From assembly GCA_951406725.2 (NCBI GenBank), contig OX597817.1:58900001-58964000 (forward strand): 64,000 bases of DNA, read 5' to 3'. Shown in pieces: positions 56,481 to 64,000 of this stretch. Each line of letters starts with the position of its first letter. Positions within the stretch are counted from its first letter, which is position 1. Under the pieces are notes generated by a model that saw only the letters and a program-made list of their open reading frames with translations, was not told the DNA's origin and did not search any database. The translations under genes were made by a program, and so were the position numbers. Source of the stretch: Octopus vulgaris. Its lineage: Eukaryota.

Positions 56481-57554
56481 CATGGAAGTATCCAAAGAGC
56501 ATTTAAGGCGCATAATTCTTTATAAGTACAATAAAGGTAACTCTGCAGCCGAAGTGACTCAAAACATATACTCAGTTTATGGGAAAGTGCTCGAATGAAA
56601 GAACTTGCAGGAGATCGTTTGCAAAATTGAAGATGAATATCGAGCAGGACGTCCAGTTGAGTTTGATGATAAGCTCCTTGAGGCATTACTTGAAGAAAAT
56701 CCGTCATTATCAGTTGAAGAATTGGCAATAAAGCTTAGTCCAAACCATACAACAGTTCATCGTCATCTTCAACAACGTGGTAAGATTCCTAAACTTGGAA
56801 AATAGGTGCCTTATGTATTGTCCGAAAGCAACCGCAAATCCCGAGTTGGCATCTGCTCTTCTCCCCATTCTCGCAAACTCATTTCACCCTTTTTCGATAG
56901 ACTTGTGATGAAAAATGGATTTTCTATCGAATGTTAAACGTCGTAAACAGTGGCTTGGTAAAAGGGAAAATGCTCAACCACAACCGAGAAGGGAACTTCA
57001 TGGGAAAAAGGTTCTTCTCTCTATCTGGTGCGATTGCAAAGGTGTAATTCACTTTATATTGTTACCACCTAATGCAACAATCAATGCTCAAGTCTTCTGT
57101 CAGCAATTAAAGCGTTTGAACCAAGGTTTGAAGGAAAAAAAGAGCCGCTTTAGTGAGTCGAAAACGAGTGATGTTTCATCAGGACAATGCGCAACCCCAC
57201 ACTGCAAAGATCACATCACAGAAGATCGAAGAGGTCGATTGGGAAAAATTTCTTCATCCACCTTATTCTCCCGACCTTGCTCCTTCAGACTACCATTTGT
57301 TTCATAGTTTACAGAATTATTAGGGGGACACAACTTTCGCAAGCCAGGAGGAGGTCGAACCTGACATTTCAGAGTTTTTCGCTTTGAAACCAAAAGAGTT
57401 TTACATTGATGGGATTGAAAAGCTTGTAAATAGATTGAAGTAAGTCATAGATAATCAGGGAAAGTACATTGATGATTAACTTTCAATTAAATACAACATT
57501 TGATCACTTGTATTCTTTATCCAAAATTCGGACAGAACTTATGGGATGACCCGA
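56481..57554 (+). pseudogene. Decayed mariner (DD34D) transposase and 3' TIR
   Basis: RAGRP, CDEKW, FHQDNA.PH, HPPYSPDLAPSDYHLF across stops and frameshifts; TIR-like ggacagaacttatgggatgacccga. Confidence 0.9.
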
Positions 57555-57562
57555 GATATATA

Positions 57563-58086
57563 CATTGGCGAAAATATATTTAAGACAGACGATAAAAGTT
57601 CTATTTCTTACAAAATATTTTGTTACTAACACCATACAAATTATTTTTATCTTTTACACCTTATGCAAAATTAATTTCTCTTTCGAATGATGCAGACAAT
57701 AAATATGTTTATGCAACTTGAAGAATTCTAATTTACTTTCAAATTTACCGGAAAAATTAGTTTAAGACCATGAAATATGTATGCATTTTGTTGGCCAAAA
57801 TGGGTGGTCACACAACGAGCCTAAATGCACCATACAAAGTTATAATTTAATGTTATTATTCAATTTATTAATAATGGGAAAACAACGTAGCCTTAGTCCA
57901 GTCACGAGAGCAAAAATCGTATATTACAGCAAAAAGTTTCATTTCGAACATCAGCAAGCAACTAAACTGCAGTAAACCGGCTTGCGTGCATGCGTGGAAG
58001 TTATACTCGGAGACTGGTCAATACAAAGATCGGCAAAGGACTAGTAACAGAATATCATCGGTCTTAAATTTATTTTCGCCGGTGTG
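57563..58086 (+). mobile_element. Internally deleted Tc1-like element
   Basis: TA-flanked TIRs cattggcgaaaatatatttaagac / gtcttaaatttattttcgccggtg, inner direct repeat at about 57747, transposase start MGKQRSLSPVTRAKIV. Confidence 0.7.
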
Positions 58087-58130
<44 letters not shown>

Positions 58131-58248
58131 AATAGTAAAAAGTGAAAAAACTACAGAAGGCTTTTTTTAAAAGGTTAAAAAATATATATTTGAGTTATTA
58201 TATCTGAAGAATGTTATAAATTTTTTTCATACAATGACATAGTTTTTG

Positions 58249-58288
58249 AAGAAATGACCGGTTTCGCGTTCAGCTTTTCAAATTTCTT
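58249..58288 (-). ncRNA. Minimal type I hammerhead ribozyme motif (U3-A8 variant), inverted pLTR copy
   Basis: aagaaat-UUGAAAA-gcugaacgc-GAA-accggu-C-auuucuu on the minus strand. Confidence 0.65.
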
Positions 58289-59945
58289 ACATCGTTATGT
58301 TTACGTTGAGAAGTGTGAAGAAGAGTTCCAAATAAGGGGAGATAATAAGTGATTTCTTCCGGTGTAAGAGAGATAATCGCTTAATATTTCTTGCCTTTTT
58401 TTGGGAGTGAGTTTCTCTGTATAAGAATGTTGGAATGGTTAAGTTTGGACTTGTATTTGTCAATGAAGAATGTTTCCTTGTTTAGTCTAATTTGTGTTGG
58501 TGTTCCGATAGCACATTGGTAAAATGGAAAGATTAAAAATTGTGGTAGTAGTTGCTTTGCGCATTTCTCAATGTGCTCACTAAAGGGTATCATTCTGTAT
58601 TCTGGGAATGCAATCTGTTGTCGATGCAGTGTGCATCTACGTCTGAGTGATAGTCCCGTGGGCTACCTGGAAATAATCATTTACCAGGAATCTTTATCAA
58701 TCTTTGGAAACCCCCTCTCTCAATACATAAAAGAGAATTGGAAACGATTCCTGGACGATTGTTTTATACTCTGGAATGAAAACATAGATAAACTCCTAAA
58801 ATTCAAAAACCTATTGAACAGCATAAACCCAAATATACAGTTCACAATGGAATACAACCAAAAGGATCTCCCATTCTTGGATATACTAATTAAAAAAATT
58901 AACCTTAAAATAGAAACAGACATTTTTTACAAAGCCTCAGACGCCAACAATACCTACTTTTTGATTCATGCCACCCAAGACACACTAAAACAAACATCCC
59001 CTTCAACCTTGCAAGAAGGATATGCACAATAGTGTCAGAACAAAATACCAGGAACTTTAGACTGCAAGAACTCAAAAACACCCTAATTGACAGACATTAC
59101 CCAGCTCAACTCATAGAGGATGGGATCAGACGTGCAACAGAAATCAACATAGAAACTTTGAGAAATGTTCAACACAACAACACACCTTCCCCGAAAACAC
59201 TACCTTACGTATCCACATACAACCCCAGAAACAAAGAAGCCTTTACCATCATCACCCAGAATTTACCAATACTTCATAAGGACCCCAAATTAAAGGTAAT
59301 TCTAAACATACACCAAATCATTAAAAGCTACAAACAACCTAAATCACTTATAAAGATTCTCACAAAGGCAAAATTGTTTTCTGAAATTACGGATGCAAAA
59401 GTAAAAAAATGTGGTAAACCGAATTGTGCAACATGTCCAAACCTGCTAGGAGGATCAGAATCCTCTTCAAAGAGGGACAGAAATTCAAGATCAAATCTAA
59501 TTTTACTTGTGCCTCTGAAAACATAATTTATGTCATAAAATGCTCGGGCTGCCACCAAAACTACGTGGGGTCCACGGGACTATCACTCAGACATAGATGC
59601 ACACTGCATCGGCAACAGATTGCATTCCCAGAATACAGAATGATACCCTTTAGTGAGCACATTGAGAAATGCGCAAAGCAACTACTACCACAATTTTTAA
59701 TCTTTCCTTTTTACCAATGTGCTACCGGAACACCAACACAAATTAGACTAAACAAGGAAACATTCTTCATTGAAAAATACAAGCCCAAACTTAACCATTC
59801 CAACATTCTTATACAGAGAAACTCACTCCAAAAAAAAAGGCAAGAAATATTAAGCGATTATCTCCCTTACACCGGAAGAAATCACTTATTACCTCCCCTT
59901 ATTTGGAACTCTTCTTCACACTTCTCAACGTAAACATAACGATGT

Positions 59946-59985
59946 AAGAAATTTGAAAAGCTGAACACGAAACCGGTCATTTCTT
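59946..59985 (+). ncRNA. Minimal type I hammerhead ribozyme motif (U3-A8 variant)
   Basis: 7-bp stem I aagaaat/atttctt, core ttgaaaa, short stem II, GAA, palindromic stem III accggt, GUC triplet (C at 59978). Confidence 0.6.
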
Positions 59986-60142
59986 CAAAAACTATGTCAT
60001 TGTATGAAAAAATTTATAACATTCTTCAGACATAATGACTCAAATATATATTTTTTAACCTTTTAAAACAAGCCTTCTGTAGTTTTTTCACTTTTTACTA
60101 TTTTCTATATATTCAACCACGTGTTTCATACACCAACTTTCT

Positions 60143-60180
<38 letters not shown>

Positions 60181-60181
60181 G

Positions 60182-60823
60182 GGATCTTTTCCTTTTGAAA
60201 GGCAGATGTCAACACAATTTCTAGTTAACTAAACACTTTTAAACTTCGTATACTGGTAGAATGAGTTTATTAAACATCATTTTCTCTTGGTTTTATTGAG
60301 AAAATTCTATAGTTTGTAAGATATTTCGTCTGAAAATCCGAGCATTACGGCAATTTTAACCAATCGATTACCTCCATTCAACTAAAATCATTTGCTGCGT
60401 CTAAAACTGAGACAACATCCCGTAACTAACCCTAAACCTCCCCCCTAACCCTAACCCTAAATTTTATTTTCTTAATTGTTAAATTAATTTAATTCCATTG
60501 CTTTAGTTTTTTTTACACGCGTAACAATTAAATTAATTTAACAATTAAGAAAAAAATTTAGGGTTAGAGTTAGGGGGAGGTTTAGGGTTAGTTACAGGAT
60601 GTTGTCTCAGTTTTAGACGCAGCAAAGGATTTTAGCTCAAAAGAGAGCATAGGATTGGTTAAAATTCGAAAAATTAAACTACGTTAAACAAACAAATTAC
60701 AATTTTCTCAAGAAAGCCAAGAGAAAAAAATGTTTTATTTTGACACATTCTACCAGCATACGAAGTTTTAAAGTGTTTTAAAAGTTAACTAGAAATTGTC
60801 TGCCGTTCAAAAGGAAAAGATCC
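60182..60823. mobile_element. Fold-back MITE, Merlin-like
   Basis: Nearly wholly palindromic; GG...CC termini; 8-bp TSD atataatg (60174-60181, 60824-60831); internal ccctaa/ttaggg repeats. Confidence 0.85.
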
Positions 60824-60989
60824 ATATAATGTATATAACACGGGGATTTTAATGGAGATAACCTGCAGTATATATTACAACATTTTTGTCTCCGTATATG
60901 AGCTAAGTATTAATAAAATGTGGTATACGATAAAAATTTCGGATATTTGTCTTAAACATTCAGACAAGAAAATTCAGTTCATGCCATTT

Positions 60990-61518
60990 ATAGTGGCTTA
61001 TCTTTCGACTTATTTTAGAACATGTTTGAGTCCATAAAATAGGATTTGACTACACCTCCATTTAGAGCACAGTTTAAGTTATCTTTTCGTGGAAGAAGAT
61101 TTATGTTCCTATAACATGTGTTAATTCTGTAACCCTTTAAATTAAAAGATGAGAAAGTTCATTTTCGGTATTTGATGCTTTGGGAACCAGACAAAAATTG
61201 CTGCAGCTCGGTTGGGATGTGTTACCCCCACCTTCCATATTCACCAGATATTGCTCCTTTGGATTTCCACTTATTTAGGTCTCTGCAGAATAGTCTTAAT
61301 GGTGAAAATTTAAATTCCTTAGATGACGTAAAAAGATACCTTGATGAGTTTTTTGCCTTGAAACCACCACAATTCTGGGAAGAGGGTATTTTCAAGGTAA
61401 AGGAAAGATGGAGACGTATTGTGCAACGAAATGGTTCAGATTTGGTTCATTAAAAATGTAATGGAAAGTATTTAGTGACCTTTACTTTCCTTTAAAAATC
61501 GGAACGAACTCTCCGGAC
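60990..61518 (+). mobile_element. Internally deleted mariner
   Basis: PHLPYSPDIAPLDFHLFRSLQNSL...EGIFKVKERWRRIV in ORF 61172..61453; 5' end approximate. Confidence 0.85.
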
Positions 61519-62616
61519 AGGAGAAGTTCAGAGAGCAGAAAATGCCATTATATCTGGCCTTCATTGATTGGACAAAGGCCTTTGACTTGGTAAGTAGAAA
61601 AGGCCTCTTCATCCTGCTCTAAAAAATCTGGTATCACACACAGAAGAAGCCCTACGAAGGCTCATCAACTGTTTTGAGAAAGCATTTGGTAACTTTGGCT
61701 TAGTTATCAGCCTCAAGAAGACCAACATCATGGGTCAGGCTACATCGGACATCCCAAACAGAGTACAGGAGGTGGAGAAGTTTACCTATCTTGGCTCTAC
61801 CGTCACCTACAACCTATCCCTTGATGCTGAGCTCAATATACGCATTGGCAAGGCAGCTGCTGTGATGGCCCAACTCACCAAACGCGCATGGGACAACAAT
61901 AAGCTGACCAAGACCACAAAAATGAAGATTTACCAGGCATGTGTACTTAGCACTCTACTGTATGGAAGTGAGACTTGGACGCCATACACACGCCATACGA
62001 CGCCATACGTCGCTTAAATATCTTTCACCTGCGCTGCCTCCGGAAAATCCTTCGCATCAAATGGCAGAATCATGTCCCCAACAAAGATGTCCTCAAGCAA
62101 GCAGGAATACCAAGCATGTTTGCACTCCTCACACTAAGACGTATGAGATGGCTCGGACATGTTAGCCGTATGGAAGATGGCAGAATCCCCAAGGACATAC
62201 TCAACGAAAAGCTTGCTAGGGGCACTAAGTCTGTGGGAAGACCGTTCTTACGATACAAGGATGTTTGCAAAAGGGACATGAATGCCTGCAACATCAATAT
62301 TACCAACTGGGAAGCAGTTGCCAGCAACCGTGGAGATTGGCGACGTACCGTAAAAGAGGGAACACAAAGGAGTAACATAGAGAGAAAGGAGAAATGGAAA
62401 GACAAGAAAAGACGTCAACAAGAAACTATGACATTACAACCAGCCAGGCAAAGTCTTCGCTACATTTGCGGCAACTGCCAGAGGGAGTGTTTGTCCAGGA
62501 TAGGACTACACGGCCACAGCAGGAGATGTATTAGGACATGAAATGTAAAAGCCGGACTAGACTATTTTATGCGCAACTCCATTGTCTCCCGAGACAAAAA
62601 GGATGCCAACAACAAT
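61518..62616 (+). mobile_element. RTE (BovB-like) LINE 3' portion with internal deletions
   Basis: LYLAFID.TKAFD, FTYLGS, LLYGSETW, RWLGHV.RM, C-terminal CGNC..C.SRIGL.GH; (caa)n tail. Confidence 0.9.
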
Positions 62617-62909
62617 ATATATGGATTTCGTAGACAGGAACTGTAACAAATCAATCGTATATATATGTATGTATATATGTAAGTGTATGTGTGTGCCTTT
62701 GTCTCTGTTTCGCCCTCATCACTGCTTCACAACTGCTGTTCATTTATTTACATTCACATAACTTACTGGTTTCACAAGAACAAACTAATAGAATAAGTAC
62801 TAGGCTTATCAACATAAAAAAGCACTAGGCTGTGTCTCATATTTTTGTTTGGCCACTCAGTTGTATCTATCAATTTATCTTTGTATGTGTGCGTGTGTGT
62901 GTGTATCTA

Positions 62910-62981
<72 letters not shown>

Positions 62982-62983
62982 CA

Positions 62984-63039
<56 letters not shown>

Positions 63040-63199
63040 TGGATCTTTATGAAATTTGGAAATTATATTTTATGCATAAGGGCCATAACCCCCATGACAA
63101 TTCATATATATATTTTTGCTGTTGATGAAAATTTAACCATAGATATTAGACACAAATGAAGTAATATTAATAACATTTCATCTTCTTGCAAAGTTAGAA

Positions 63200-64000
63200 A
63201 GACCCCTCCATGGGGACTTAACACTAACAGTGTTGTCATTTTATCTAAGCAAAAACAAATACAGTTGTGCTCTTGGAAACCGTAGGGTTACCCGAGCATA
63301 AAAGTTGGGCATTATTTCTAATTCAATGGTACAACAGAGTGACAGTTTGCTTTGACACACACTTACATTGTGATTTCTGCAATGTGGTGCATAAATTGTC
63401 AAGTAAATGAGAGGCATCTTTGCCTCCACTGATTCAGTTGCAAAGTGTTGAGTAAAGTTATTTGATTGTAGACGTCCTTTCAGTCTTTTTATTATCACTT
63501 GGTCACACATAGTCCCCAGATGGTAACATTGATTTCATGGCCTTCCCAGATGAGTGACTGGTTATTCAAAGACATTTATAGATTTTATCAGTATAGTTGT
63601 CATTTGCAAACTCCAGAGGTGACACTTTCATTTCTCCTTAACCCTCACGTCAAACAGTTGTTAAAGTTGATTTCAGTTGGGTCAGGCCCTTCCAATTGCT
63701 ATAGATTCGTAAAGCATCTTACGGCTGTGCCTGTCACCTGGATGGTGAGGAATCCTACATTGGGAGTGGTAACGACTAGGGTAGGGTAACTGACTGCTTA
63801 TTGTGATCATTCGTCTTTTGGTTTCCTGTAGCTTTGCTCTCTTTTCCAAACCCATTGAACATATATTTCCTATTTCAAAGAAATTCAAACAATTGATATA
63901 AGACCCAAGTTAAAAAGATTTTCAACAATTCAACTTCTCTGGTTGACATTAAGATGCCCACCCCCAACAGGGGCCTTAACTCTCACATTTTAGAGCTCCA
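63200..64000 (-). other. Possible decayed LINE ORF1-like sequence (unassigned)
   Basis: Complex, coding-like fragments (EFAND...WEGHEINVTIWG; ARVTLRFP) with many stops; no diagnostic motif. Confidence 0.25.

Larger units (their letters stand above)
58123..60145 (+). mobile_element. Penelope-like element (Neptune-type), 5'-truncated, with inverted pLTR
   Basis: RT WKRFLDDCF, IQFTME, LPFLD; Cys linker CGKPNCATCP; GIY-YIG NIIYVIKCSGCHQNYVGST; two frameshifts; 58123-58661 is the reverse complement of 59572-60110; (TA)n on both sides. Confidence 0.92.

Overview
Repeat-saturated, AT-rich eukaryotic (animal) genomic DNA with no recognisable host protein-coding exon. The SINE families and extreme microsatellite density suggest a coleoid cephalopod such as Octopus (inference). 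Most ORFs in the track are microsatellite artefacts. Retroelements: a young non-autonomous Gypsy-type LTR element with a tRNA-Trp PBS (6369-9090); a 5'-truncated CR1-group LINE with an open 643-aa RT ORF; a Penelope-like element with an inverted pLTR and a minimal U3-A8 hammerhead ribozyme in each pLTR copy; RTE, Tx1-like, Dong/R4, Hero-like and CRE-like LINE 3' relics; three tRNA-headed SINE families, two of which share their 3' tail with a LINE fragment in this window. DNA elements: hAT, mariner, rosa-like, Tc1, Merlin-like MITE and Helitron relics. A 19-bp palindromic minisatellite rich in AP-1-type motifs sits inside a locally triplicated cassette (9.2-15.5 kb). All calls come from manual reading and translation; no database searches were run.
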